From Candidatus Latescibacterota bacterium (GTDB taxonomy: Bacteria; Latescibacterota; UBA2968; SICM01), in NCBI GenBank assembly GCA_965217865.1, contig CBDCJO010000002.1, positions 2,944,001 to 3,008,000 of the forward strand: a stretch of DNA of 64,000 nucleotides, written 5' to 3'. A program made the translations under genes and the position numbers. The notes under the pieces were generated by a model. It saw only the letters and a list, made by a program, of their open reading frames with translations, had not been told where the DNA came from and searched no databases. Shown piece by piece: positions 1-10,916 of the stretch (position 1 is its first letter; every line of letters begins with the position of its first letter).

Positions 1-3000
1 GTTGGATCTTCTGTTGTGTATCAGCGGATCGATTTCGATCCATCGGATCCTGAAGCTCCGTCGACATTTTCGCCTGCGAGTTTTCAGGATGTGGTTCAGA
101 ATGTCGGGGTTGATGTTTTTGAGCAGGGGGGGAATGTCACGGGTGTATTGATCCTACCGGGTCCTGCGGATGGGGGTGGACCACAGGGTGATCCGGTTGT
201 GCAAGGCTTGGTGGTCGGGGATGTACAGATCGACTTTAGCCAGAGTCCTCTGAGCGGGACTTTTATGGTGGAGGCCAGGGATGAGCTTGGGAACGTTATC
301 AATGATGCGTCAGGGAACCCTGTTATCGAGACCATCGTGGTAGGGGCTGCGACAGAGTTTCTGGACCCCACGGATCTGGACCCTACGGACCCCGATCAGC
401 CTCCCGGTCCAGCGGATCCAATTGATTTGACGCAGCCTAATATCGAGGTTGGGGTATTTGGGCAGAGGGATCCGAATACGCAGCAGATCGTTGCGGATCA
501 GGTGTTCATCCAACCGGGTCCTGGTGACGGGGGCGAACCACCGGGTCCACCGCTTGTGGAAGGTGTGGTGGTCGGGGATGTACAGATCGACTTTAGCCAG
601 AGTCAGCTCAACGGGATCTTTATGGTGGAGGCCAGGGATGAATTCGGGAACGTTATCAATGATGCGTCGGGAAATCCGGTGGTTGAAACAGTTGTTGTCG
701 AGGCCTCAACCGAGTTTCTGGACCCCACGGACCCCAATCAACCTCCCGGTCCAGCGGATCCAAAGGATTTGACGCAGCCCAATATCGGGGTGGGGGTATT
801 TGGCCAGCGTGATCCGAATACCAATGAGATCATTGCGGATCAGGTATTCATCCAGTCTGTGGATGAGGGTGGACCACCGGGTCCACCGCTTGTGGAAGGT
901 GTGGTGGTCGGGGATGTACAGATCGACTTTAGCCAGAGTCCTCTGAGCGGGACTTTTATGGTGGAGGCCAGGGATGAATTCGGGAACGTTATCAATGATG
1001 CGTCGGGAAATCCGGTGGTTGAAACAGTTGTTGTCGAGGCCTCAACCGAGTTTCTGGATCCCACGGATCCCAATCAGCCTCCGGTTCCAGCGGATCCAAA
1101 GGATTTGACGCAGCCCAATATCGAGGTTGGGGTATTTGGGCAGAGGGATCCGAGTACACAGCAGATCGTTGCGGAGCAGGTGTTCATCCAGCCGGGTTCT
1201 GCGGATGGAGGCGGACCACCGGGTCCACCGGTTGTGGAAGGAGTGGTGGTCGGGGATGTACAGATCGATTTTAGCCAGAGTCCTCTGAGCGGGACTTTTA
1301 TGGTGGAGGCCAGGGATGAATTCGGGAACGTTATCAATGATGCGTCGGGAAATCCGGTGGTTGAAACAATTGTGGTCGAGGCCTCAACCGAGTTTCTGGA
1401 TCCCACGGATCCCAATCAGCCTCCGGTTCCAGCGGACCCAAAGGATTTGGCGAATCCCAATATAGGGGTCGGAGTATTTGGCCAGCGTAATCCGAACACC
1501 AATGAGATCATTGCGGATCAGGTGTTCATCTTGCCCGTCGATGGTCCATCCCCTAGGGATACAGAGCCGCCGCCCGAGCAGATTGTTGCTATTCCTGCAG
1601 ATGGTGGGATGATTGATAAAAGCACCCTGCCCAGCCTGGATAATTTGGGGTTGGAAAATCTCTTTGTGGATATTCCCTCCGGGGCTCTGTCGGCTCCGGT
1701 GGATGTGCGGATCGATGTGCCGGATCCCGCGGATTTCCCCCCGGACCAGGCCGCGCTCGCACTGAAGGCTGTCAGGTTCACGATTGAAGGACACCCGGGA
1801 AGGTTCGATTTTGACAAACCGGTGACCATCGGTATTCCCTATCCGGATGGGATTAATGAAGACGCCTTATCGATGGGAGAGTGGAATCCGATTGACAAAG
1901 TGTGGATGCCCCTTTTCCCTGACGAGCTGTTGGAAACCATTATTGTGGACACAAGGCTCAAGGTGGTCAGCTCCCAGGTGACACACTTCTCGATCTATGG
2001 CGTCCTTCCGGTAGCGGCCGACTTCACTGCGAGTCCGGTCTCGGACCGCATTCCGCTGACCGTGAAGTTTACCGACATCTCCACGGGTCCGGTGACGGAT
2101 TGGTCGTGGGATTTTGGGGACCAGACCACCACCCCGGAACAAAGTGAACAAAATCCGACCCACACCTATACGACCGTGGGTAAGTTTTCGGTGACGCTTC
2201 TGGTCACTGCCCCGCCCGGGGGCGCCTCCAAAACGATACCGGACTTGATCGAGGTTTTGATAAACGATCCTCCGGATATGCCGGTCTCCGTTTCCCCCGC
2301 GGACGGGGCGACAGGCGTCTCCCTTAATCCGACCCTTGAATGGAATCCATCGAGCGATCCAGAGGGAGACCCGATTGTCTACGATGTATTTGTAAACAGT
2401 GACCGGTTCGCGAGCTTAGACGTGAACGAGGGGACGACGCTGGTGGTCGGTCCCTTATCCGAGAACACAACTTATATGTGGCATGTGGTCGCGCGGGACG
2501 ACCGGGGAGGCGAGGCAATTGGAACGACTTCCAGCTTCACGACCGTGGGGGACACCCAGGCTCCTGTGGTCATACGGGATCCAACCGTAGAGGAAATAAC
2601 GGAGAACACGGCAACGGTGTTCTGGGCAGTGGACGAGGAGAGCATCCCACACGTGGAATACCGCGAAAGCGGTGAAAACACCTTTACGGTTTCTTCCCCC
2701 GGATCTGCGGGGACGGGTCAGAAGGTTCCGCTGACCGGCCTGACTTCGGGAGCGACGTACGAATTCCGGGTGATCTCGGAGGATGTCTCACCGAACAAGA
2801 ACCAGGTGACTTTCCCGAAAACTTCGGACCCCCCTCTGACATTTCTGACGCTGGCCGAGGTGGATAACACAGATCCGGAATTCACGGTCCCGGTCTCGGC
2901 CATCCACGTGGGAGAGACGTCCGTGGTCGTATTCTGGGAAACGGATGAGCGCAGCACCACTGAGGCTTCCTACCGGCTTGAGACCGAAACGTCATTCACG

Positions 3001-4971
3001 CAGGCCCCCGCGGGTGAGGACGGCACCGAGCACCGACTTGAGATCCCGGGTCTGACGTCCGGTTCCACGTATATCATCAGGGTGAGGTCCGAGGATGCCA
3101 GCACGAACGATGCTGTGGGACCGGACCTTGAGGTGACGACCGCCCTGAAGGCCATACTGATTCGGGTGTCGAACGTGTCCGTTGTGGGTCGGGATACAGC
3201 CCAGGCCATCATTGCGTGGAGCACGAACGTGCCGGGCAGCAGCGAGGTGGAATACGGTCTGGAATCGAATCTGCGGGTTTCGTTGAAGCAGACGGGACCC
3301 GACGGCGTGCTCGAGCACCGCGTTACGCTGACCAAACTACAACAGGCGACGAAGTATTTCTATCGCACCATCTCGGGAGGGTCCGGGGCAGACACGAGCG
3401 ATGTGTTCAGCTTCAGGACCCGGAATGCCCCTCCGCCAAAGCCGGTGATTACGGAAGGACCTGTGGTGAAGGGGATTGGACAGGACCGGGCGACGGTGCT
3501 CTGGAGGACGAATGTGGTGGGAAACAGCACGGTGACGTTCTCCACGGACCCAACGCTTCCTGCGTCCACGTCACGTGAAGTGATTGATAAGAGTGAGCCG
3601 CGCTTCCGTCTCGATCACTCGGTGACCCTGACGGGTCTTTCGGAAAACACGAGGTATTATTACACGGTCAAGTCGGAAAACATCGCCAGGGTGGAGACTG
3701 TCAGCCCGGTGGGCGACTTCAGCAGCCTGAAAACAAAGGACATCATAAAGCCGTCGTTCCTGTCGGGACCCGCTGTGACGGTCCGGACGGCCGATGGGTT
3801 TACGGTTGCCTGGAGCACGAACGAACTGGCTACAAGTGAACTGTTGTTCGGCCTCGTGGGGACCGATTTCCAATCGAAGACCGAACCGGGCTTCCGACTC
3901 GATCACAGTGTGAGCGTGAGCGGGTTGACGGAGGAGACGGATTATTCATACAAGGTCCGATCCGAAGACCAGGCAATGAACAAGCAGGAGAGCAGTGACC
4001 TCACCGTAAAGACGCTCCCTGGTCAGCAGTTGGACCTTTCATCTCCGGAACTGGTCGGGTCTCCATCCGAAACCGGGACCTCGGACGACGGTACGACGAT
4101 TGTGTGGGTGACGGACGAGCCATCCAACAGCCTTGTCAATTACGGGACGACGGCGGGTGACCTGTTGGAGTCGGCGGGCGATCCGCTGACCTTCACCACG
4201 GCACACTCGGTCCCCTTGACGGGTCTGACTGCAACGACCTTGTATCATTACCGGATCACCTCGGTGGACGCGGCTGGAAACCCGACCGTATTTCCCGCCC
4301 CGCCGAACACGCAGACGTTCACGACAAAGGACAAACCCGACCTGACGTCCCCCAACATCTCCGCGCTGGAGGTGGTCAAGGGGTCCGTGACCGATGGATC
4401 GGCGACGCTATTCTGGAAGTCGGATGAACCGAGCGATTCGCAGGTTGAGTATGCACCGGTGCCAGTTTCGGATCTGTCGCAGCTCACGGAACGTTTCGAA
4501 TCGTCCAGGCTGACAACGGAGCACAAAGTGACGCTGACCGACCTGAGTCCGTTGACGACCTATGCGTTCCGTGTGGGGGCCCGGGACCAGGCGCGAAACC
4601 CCAGGACATACAAACCGGACACAGCGCCCTATCCGACTTTCAAAACGCTTGATGTCCCCGACACGAAGTCCCCCTCATTTATCAACGGTACGCCCTTCGT
4701 CAAGGACCCGACGGCCAACACCCTGAAGGTTCTGGTCGATACCGACGAGCCGGCGGACCTGGTGGTGGAATACGGGACGACGGACTACAGCCTCGGCCGG
4801 ATTGAGCAGGGAGACTTTCTAACCTCGCGCATCGTCACCCTGACGGGCCTTAAGCCACAGACACAATACATCGTTCGGGTCAGTTGCCGGGACCGCGCGG
4901 GCAACCCCCCGGCGACGGCGGATGCGACGGAACGTTGCGGACGGTGCATCTGGTTTCCCTGGGTGGGTTGA
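1..4971 (+). CDS. Giant secreted/surface protein, N-terminal part (5' truncated by window): DUF5666-like repeats, ZU5-like domain, PKD domain, FN3 array
   Basis: Frame open from base 1; four ~115-aa repeats; THFS motif; PKD motif WSWDFGD; repeated W.TDE...VEYG...H.V.LTGL...Y.FRV FN3 pattern; reading frame lost near 4925. Confidence 0.85.
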   Translation, partial: VGSSVVYQRIDFDPSDPEAPSTFSPASFQDVVQNVGVDVFEQGGNVTGVLILPGPADGGGPQGDPVVQGLVVGDVQIDFSQSPLSGTFMVEARDELGNVINDASGNPVIETIVVGAATEFLDPTDLDPTDPDQPPGPADPIDLTQPNIEVGVFGQRDPNTQQIVADQVFIQPGPGDGGEPPGPPLVEGVVVGDVQIDFSQSQLNGIFMVEARDEFGNVINDASGNPVVETVVVEASTEFLDPTDPNQPPGPADPKDLTQPNIGVGVFGQRDPNTNEIIADQVFIQSVDEGGPPGPPLVEGVVVGDVQIDFSQSPLSGTFMVEARDEFGNVINDASGNPVVETVVVEASTEFLDPTDPNQPPVPADPKDLTQPNIEVGVFGQRDPSTQQIVAEQVFIQPGSADGGGPPGPPVVEGVVVGDVQIDFSQSPLSGTFMVEARDEFGNVINDASGNPVVETIVVEASTEFLDPTDPNQPPVPADPKDLANPNIGVGVFGQRNPNTNEIIADQVFILPVDGPSPRDTEPPPEQIVAIPADGGMIDKSTLPSLDNLGLENLFVDIPSGALSAPVDVRIDVPDPADFPPDQAALALKAVRFTIEGHPGRFDFDKPVTIGIPYPDGINEDALSMGEWNPIDKVWMPLFPDELLETIIVDTRLKVVSSQVTHFSIYGVLPVAADFTASPVSDRIPLTVKFTDISTGPVTDWSWDFGDQTTTPEQSEQNPTHTYTTVGKFSVTLLVTAPPGGASKTIPDLIEVLINDPPDMPVSVSPADGATGVSLNPTLEWNPSSDPEGDPIVYDVFVNSDRFASLDVNEGTTLVVGPLSENTTYMWHVVARDDRGGEAIGTTSSFTTVGDTQAPVVIRDPTVEEITENTATVFWAVDEESIPHVEYRESGENTFTVSSPGSAGTGQKVPLTGLTSGATYEFRVISEDVSPNKNQVTFPKTSDPPLTFLTLAEVDNTDPEFTVPVSAIHVGETSVVVFWETDERSTTEASYRLETETSFTQAPAGEDGTEHRLEIPGLTSGSTYIIRVRSEDASTNDAVGPDLEVTTALKAILIRVSNVSVVGRDTAQAIIAWSTNVPGSSEVEYGLESNLRVSLKQTGPDGVLEHRVTLTKLQQATKYFYRTISGGSGADTSDVFSFRTRNAPPPKPVITEGPVVKGIGQDRATVLWRTNVVGNSTVTFSTDPTLPASTSREVIDKSEPRFRLDHSVTLTGLSENTRYYYTVKSENIARVETVSPVGDFSSLKTKDIIKPSFLSGPAVTVRTADGFTVAWSTNELATSELLFGLVGTDFQSKTEPGFRLDHSVSVSGLTEETDYSYKVRSEDQAMNKQESSDLTVKTLPGQQLDLSSPELVGSPSETGTSDDGTTIVWVTDEPSNSLVNYGTTAGDLLESAGDPLTFTTAHSVPLTGLTATTLYHYRITSVDAAGNPTVFPAPPNTQTFTTKDKPDLTSPNISALEVVKGSVTDGSATLFWKSDEPSDSQVEYAPVPVSDLSQLTERFESSRLTTEHKVTLTDLSPLTTYAFRVGARDQARNPRTYKPDTAPYPTFKTLDVPDTKSPSFINGTPFVKDPTANTLKVLVDTDEPADLVVEYGTTDYSLGRIEQGDFLTSRIVTLTGLKPQTQYIVRVSCRDRAGNPPATADATERCGRCIWFPWVG
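175..1530 (+). repeat. Four near-identical ~340-360 bp coding repeats
   Basis: gtggtcggggatgtacagatcga(c/t)tttagccagagtc recurs near 211, 568, 904 and 1246. Confidence 0.95.
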
Positions 4972-7539
4972 ATTTAAACACGTCCTATCGGTTCCGGGTC
5001 GAGTCGAAGGATGCGGCCGGAAACACGGGTAAATCGGGGGCCCTGCTGACCAAGCCTGTTGCGGGCCTCGCCCTTCAGCCCCCGGGGGGAGAAGGGAGCT
5101 TTGTGACCCCGCCAACCCCGGACACGAGCCCGCCGGTAATCCTGTCGGGGCCGACGCTGGTGGCTTCCACTTACGTCGCTAACGATAGATTGGGAGACGG
5201 ACGAGGCCTCGGACAGCTTCTCGGAATATGGGGTCGGCGAGACCGACAGCCGGATCGAGGACGGGGCGCCGGTTACGAAACACCGGATGGTTTTGACCAA
5301 GCTTTCTTCCGGGACCACCTACCAGTTTGTGGTGGGGTCCACGGATCCGTCGCGCAACGGCCCTGCGCTGAGCAAGCAGGCGGTGGGTTCCACATCGGTG
5401 GAGGTGGACGTGACACCCCCGAAGATCGTGGGCGATGCCGAAGTTTCGTATAAGAGTGACAATCAGGCGGTGATCAATTGGGAGACGGACGAGCCGGGCA
5501 GCAGCGTGGTGGAGTTCGGAACGGAAGGGGCCCTGGATCTGGTGCAGACGATACCGGATCCTGTGAAAGAGCATCGGGTGGTTTTGACGAACCTGTTTGC
5601 GGATTCGACTTACACCTTCCGTGCGGGGACTATTGACGTTTCGAACAACGGGCCGACCTGGTCGGCCACGGACACGTTCCGGACCGATCCGACCCCGGAC
5701 ACGACACCGCCTGAGATCGAGGACGATCCGGAGGTATCCGCGATCACCGACCAGACGGCAATTGTAACGTGGCATACGGACGAAGCTTCGGACAGTGGGG
5801 TGGAGTATGGGACATCTTCTTCCGCCCTGGACTTTAACGCCGGGTCTGCGGAAGCATTGGAAGAGCACCGGGTGGTACTGACGAAGCTGACGGCGTCCAC
5901 TCCCTACTTTTTGAGAGTCAGCTCCGTGGACCGCGTTGGCAACGGTCCGGCCGTCAAACCTTCTGGGGGGGGGACGGTCTCGTTCACGACAGAAGCGGCG
6001 CCGGATACGATCGCCCCCGCTGCCGTTCAGTCCCTGCTGGGCCGGGCGGGAAGCGGGAGTGCTTTGCTTAGCTGGCAGGCCAACACGGAGGCCGATTTGA
6101 CGGGGTATAACCTGTATCGGGCAACGGGAACCGACCCGCTTTCCCTTATCGCCTCAAATCTGGTTGAGGCGACTTTTCGGGACGAGGGCTTGACAGATGA
6201 GGTGGCCTACAGGTATTCGGTGACAGCCCTGGACGGGTCCGGGAATGAAGGTTCATTCTCGGAGGAGGCAACAGTGACGCCCTCGGGCGAGAACATCCCC
6301 ACGGCACCCGTCTTCCAGGAGTCCCGGGGAGAACCTTTGACCCCGATATTTGTGGTGAAGAATGCGACGAGTTCCGGGGGAACACCGCTGACGTACACGT
6401 TCCAGGTGTCCACACAGGAGGGCTTTTCCGATCTGGTGGATTCGGCCACGGAAGTCCCGGATGGGAACGAGTCGGCCGGAGCGGGCTTAACGGCGTGGAC
6501 GGTTACAGTCGAACTGACGGACGGGGCGACCTATTATCTCCGCGTGCGAGCAAACGACGGGGCGTTCGATGGCCCCTTTATGACAGCGCAGGAAATTGAA
6601 GTTGATGCAACTCCGATTGTTCGGCTGGGAGACTTCAACAATGACTTCGTTGTGGGTCTGGATGACTTCTTCCAATTCGCCGTGGAATTCGGGCAAGACG
6701 CGATTGGTGAGAAGGCGGTGTTGGACTTAAGCGGAAACGGCAAGGTCGATTTAGATGACTTCTTCACTTTTGCGGGTCTGTTCGGGACGGAATATGAGAA
6801 TCCCGGCGGTTCCAAACCGGCCGTGGCCTCCTCGATCCGGACCGATCCTTCGGTTCGGGCAACCTTCAAAGCGGTTTCGGGGTTCCCGGCGATGGGGGAA
6901 GAATTCACGGCGAGTATTAATTTAGAAGGCGCCGATGGTCTAAAGGGTTATGGGGTACGAATCGAATTCGATCCAGATCGGCTCCTGCTTATGGGGGTGG
7001 AACAGCTAGAAGGCGAACTGGCCCATGTCATCAGGCTGGGTGCGAATGAGGTAGTTGTCCTGAACTTTGGCGAAGGGATTGTCGGTCGTGTCACAGATCC
7101 TGAAAGAGAAGGCGAGGTGAGACTGGCAAATCTTCGCTTCCGCGTGACAGGACCCTCTCGTGAGGCCCCTGCCCAGGTGTCGGATCTGATCGTTTTAGAC
7201 GGGCAAGACCAGTTGCGCACCCCTGAAGCGCATGGCTTTGCGAGGCTCACACTGGTGCCGGATCAGGTGGTGATGCTGCACAATTACCCGAACCCGTTCA
7301 ATCCTGTCACGACGATCCGGTTCGGGATTCCCGAGGAAGCCCGTACTTCGATTATGGTCTACAACATCCTGGGTCAGCAGGTGGCGGTTCTGGTCGATCA
7401 GATACAGCCTGCTGGCTATTATACGGCCGCGTGGGATGGCCGGGACAGCCAGGGAAGGCGGATGGGGTCCGGGGTCTATCTGTATCGGATAAAGGTCGGC
7501 AAGGTGGCCGTTGTGAAAAAGATGCTTTTGTTGAAATGA
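4926..7539 (+). CDS. Continuation of the giant protein: FN3 repeats, EF-hand/dockerin-like motifs, cohesin-like domain, FlgD-Ig/T9SS-type C-terminal sorting domain
   Basis: Frame +3 gives TVHLVSLGGLNLNTSYRFRVESKDAAGN; from ~5172 frame +1 gives TSLTIDWETDEASDS and runs into ORF 5287..7539; GDFNNDFVVGLDDFFQF and DLSGNGKVDLDDFF; C-terminal NYPNPFNPVTTIRF...WDGRD..G...GSGVYLYR...KKMLLLK. Confidence 0.85.
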
Positions 7540-7696
7540 GAAAAAATTCCTCCCCCACCTTCTCCCTGGAATACAGAATACAGAAGTCAAGAGCCAGAAG
7601 AAGATCAAAAACCAAGTCGACTCAGTCCGGGGGGGAAAATAGGTTGCGAAAAGTCAAACATTCTGACTCCTGAATTCTGTTTTTCCTTCCCAACTC

Positions 7697-8554
7697 CTAT
7701 TCCCTCCAGGTCAACCCCGCACGCAGGACTGCTGCGTCCAGGGAAGCTTTAGCCTTCGGAATATGCTCGTCTGAAAGATGCTCGATCAAGACGAAGCCGT
7801 CCGGGCATGCGCTTTCGAATCTCCGGAGGAAAGTCTCCTGATCCAGGCGACCGTCCCCGATGGGGACCTCCCGGATATGGAGGACGAGTCTGTCTTCCAC
7901 TTCGACGTCTTTCGCGTGGGCACTGACGACGTATGGGCCGAGGTTGTCGAAGATCCGGTCGATCAGCGCAGTTGAATCATACACATCCCCAAGGGTTCCG
8001 AAGAAGTTGACCGGATCAGCGTTGAACCCGAGGGCAGGGGAGTCAACCCGCTCGATGACTTCTCTCACCCGTTCGGGCGAATCGAGGGACGAGACGACGT
8101 GCCCTTCGATGCCCAGTCGCACGCTCTCTGCTTCGGCTGCGAGGACGATCTCCTTCAGGCTTTGCACGAGACGATCTATGGTTTCGGGGCTCCTGTTATC
8201 CGGGTGCGGACACCAGGGTCCGTTCGGGCTGAGTCCCCCCGGACGCACAAAGAGGTAAGCGGCATCCAACCGGCGGGCGACACGGCACATCCTTTGAACG
8301 CTTTTTATTCCCCTGTCGCGGAGCACCTTGTTGGGGTCGACCAGACTTTCATATCGTGCGTTCGCCTGAGCCGTCCGGAGGCCGGCGTTGCCCAGGACGG
8401 ATTTCAGGCGATCCAGGACGGGTTCGTCCGCATCGAGTGGGTCATCAAAGAAGCAGCTGACCCCGGTAAAACCCGACTCTCTGATTTTGGCTGCAATCCC
8501 ATCATCCACTGCAGTCCATCCGCCTGGCATCATTCCTACAACCCCAACTCTCAC
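7697..8554 (-). CDS. Sugar phosphate isomerase/epimerase (xylose isomerase-like TIM barrel)
   Basis: LGIEGH, NADPVN, HAKD and IEH metal-ligand pattern; likely GTG start at 8554 after GGAGG. Confidence 0.85.
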   Translation of the reverse strand: MRVGVVGMMPGGWTAVDDGIAAKIRESGFTGVSCFFDDPLDADEPVLDRLKSVLGNAGLRTAQANARYESLVDPNKVLRDRGIKSVQRMCRVARRLDAAYLFVRPGGLSPNGPWCPHPDNRSPETIDRLVQSLKEIVLAAEAESVRLGIEGHVVSSLDSPERVREVIERVDSPALGFNADPVNFFGTLGDVYDSTALIDRIFDNLGPYVVSAHAKDVEVEDRLVLHIREVPIGDGRLDQETFLRRFESACPDGFVLIEHLSDEHIPKAKASLDAAVLRAGLTWRE

Positions 8555-8759
8555 CTCTGCCTCCAGTCTAAAATGTCCTTGTGACTTCCAACCGGGAGTC
8601 CTATATTTAGCCGGCACAAAAAAAGTGAAGCGTATCTCGTGATAGCGTGAAACGTAGGAAATGGCTCTTACGAGATACAATTCAGGAGATACGAATTTTT
8701 AAAAGAGATACGCTTCAAGAGTTTAGCAGTCCGCGAAAAGTTAAGAGGAGAGAGGGGCG

Positions 8760-9701
8760 TTGTCAACTCTATCAGTCGTTGTCGTCAATCACAATACACG
8801 TGACCTGCTTCGAGATTGTCTCGGGTCCGTTGTGGCGGATGGGGCGGGAATCCCGATGCAGATCGTGGTCGTGGACAACGGGTCCTCCGACAATAGCGGG
8901 GCGATGGTACGCGCGGAATTTCCCGCCTCGATTCTGATAGAGAATATCTCGAACCACGGTTTTTCCAAGGCTAATAATCAGGGACTGAAGGCATCGAATT
9001 CGGATTTTGTCCTGTTTCTCAATAGCGACTCTCGACTTCAGAAGGGTGCATTAAAGGCGCTTATTGATTTTATTCAATCAAGCCCTAATGTCGGGATCGT
9101 TGGTCCCCGGGTCTTGAATGGTGACGGCTCGCTCCAGCTTTCCTGCGGAATTTCCCCTACTGTCTGGACTGAAGTGTGTAACAAGCTCCTCCTTCATATC
9201 CCTTTTCCTTTTTTTAAAATGGGTAGCTGGGCACACGACGAAACCCGCGAAGTTGGATGGGTGAGCGGGGCGTGCATGTTCGTAAGGAGGGAAATGCTTG
9301 AACAAATCGGATACCTGGACGAGGGGATGTTCATGTACTATGAAGATCTTGATATTTGCTTCCGAGCAAGGCGTTCGGGGTGGAAGGTTTCTTATGTCCC
9401 AGGAGGACAGGTCATCCACCTGGGCGGCCGGACCTCTCAGGTGAAGTTCGGCCCGATGTTGATCGCCAGCGTCAGAAGCAGTTTCTATTTTTTTCGGAAA
9501 CATTACGGGGAAGGCGCTGTTAGTCTCCTTCGTCTGGTCACCCTCCCGGAGATGGCGCTTCGTTCTTCGATATGGGGGGCACTGGCCATGATTTCTCCTC
9601 GAAGACGAAAAGAGGCCTTTGAACGGCTCCGATCCTACAGGACGATACTCCTACGCACGTTGAGGGACCGAAACTACTGGCGTCCGGCGAGTGAACCGTG
9701 A
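8760..9701 (+). CDS. Glycosyltransferase family 2 (WbbL-like)
   Basis: VVVDNGSSD, N.GFSKANN, FLNSD, WVSGACM, FMYYEDLD. Confidence 0.93.
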   Translation: MSTLSVVVVNHNTRDLLRDCLGSVVADGAGIPMQIVVVDNGSSDNSGAMVRAEFPASILIENISNHGFSKANNQGLKASNSDFVLFLNSDSRLQKGALKALIDFIQSSPNVGIVGPRVLNGDGSLQLSCGISPTVWTEVCNKLLLHIPFPFFKMGSWAHDETREVGWVSGACMFVRREMLEQIGYLDEGMFMYYEDLDICFRARRSGWKVSYVPGGQVIHLGGRTSQVKFGPMLIASVRSSFYFFRKHYGEGAVSLLRLVTLPEMALRSSIWGALAMISPRRRKEAFERLRSYRTILLRTLRDRNYWRPASEP

Positions 9702-9884
9702 AACGGCAGCCGGTAAAGAAATAAAATAAGGTGTTAGTGATTGAAGTCTGGAGATCTGAATACCGCGCTTTTGGTATGAATATCGAACTGAAGTTCCTTG
9801 AGGGTTATCACGTAGGCTTGATAAGTCCTTTTTTTATTTCCGGCCGCTGACACAGGGTGTATTCCCTCTCGATCTCGATCCTTC

Positions 9885-10913
9885 ATGCCCCAGGGCCTAT
9901 TTTCCCCCTTCACCATCGGTCTCATCACCGCTTCCCTGTTGACTCCCCTTGTCAGCAAGGTCGCCATCGGTCTGGGTAAGGTCAGTCTCCCCAACCTGTC
10001 GGTGGATGGGCACACCCGGGCAACCCCCTACTTGGGCGGGTTTGCGATATTTTGTGCAGCCTTTCCGTTTATCCTGCACCTTCAAAATTCGCTCTGGACC
10101 GCAGGCGTGGTCTTGATGACACTCGTTGGGTTGGTGGATGACCTCGCGGTCCTTTCTCCGATCCGGAAGTTGCTGGGTCAGGTTGCTGCCTCGGGGATTG
10201 TCGTGTGGGGAGGGGTTCGACTCGAGGTGTCGGGCCTCGTTCCTCTCGACATCGGGTTAACGGTGATCTGGATGTTGTGGATCGTGAACGCGTTCAACGT
10301 CACGGATATGATGGACGGTCTGGCGGCCGGAGTCGGCGGGATCGCCAGCCTGGGGTTCGCCCTCGCTCTGGTCTGGGTGGGGTCAAGGGAGTCCTCTGTG
10401 ATTGCGGCGGCGCTCAGCGGTGGACTATTCGGATTTCTCGTCCACAACTTTCATCCCGCACGATCCTTTATGGGCGATACCGGGAGTTTATTCGTGGGGT
10501 GCCTCCTGGGAATCCTTGGGGTGGTCCTGGCGGGAGAACGCTCCGTCATCATTCCCGTGATTTTGCTGGGACTCCCCCTTTTCGAAGCGATATTCCTGGT
10601 CGTGGTTCGATGGCGACAGGGACGCCGATGGTACCTGGCCAGCCGGGATCACACGGCACAGCGGCTGGTTCAATCGGGCTGCTCAATCCGAGAGGCCGTG
10701 CTCATCCTTTACGGTGCCGGTCTCTTGTGCGGTTCGGCCGCCCTTTTTGTGTTTCGCATGCCTATTTCGGGAATCTACGCTACGATGTGTGTGGTGCTTA
10801 TGGTCGCCATGATAGCAGGCTGGAGGTTGAGTAAAGTAAAGATGAAGAACCAAAATGAAGAACCAGAATTGAAAAATGAGTCGGCGGGCTCGCATGGACC
10901 ATTCGGTTTGTAA
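9885..10913 (+). CDS. Undecaprenyl-phosphate N-acetylhexosamine-1-phosphate transferase (WecA/TagO/MraY family)
   Basis: TPYLGG, GLVDD, NAFNVTDMMDGL, NFHPARSFMGDTGS; multiple TM helices. Confidence 0.92.
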   Translation: MPQGLFSPFTIGLITASLLTPLVSKVAIGLGKVSLPNLSVDGHTRATPYLGGFAIFCAAFPFILHLQNSLWTAGVVLMTLVGLVDDLAVLSPIRKLLGQVAASGIVVWGGVRLEVSGLVPLDIGLTVIWMLWIVNAFNVTDMMDGLAAGVGGIASLGFALALVWVGSRESSVIAAALSGGLFGFLVHNFHPARSFMGDTGSLFVGCLLGILGVVLAGERSVIIPVILLGLPLFEAIFLVVVRWRQGRRWYLASRDHTAQRLVQSGCSIREAVLILYGAGLLCGSAALFVFRMPISGIYATMCVVLMVAMIAGWRLSKVKMKNQNEEPELKNESAGSHGPFGL

Positions 10914-10916
10914 CCG

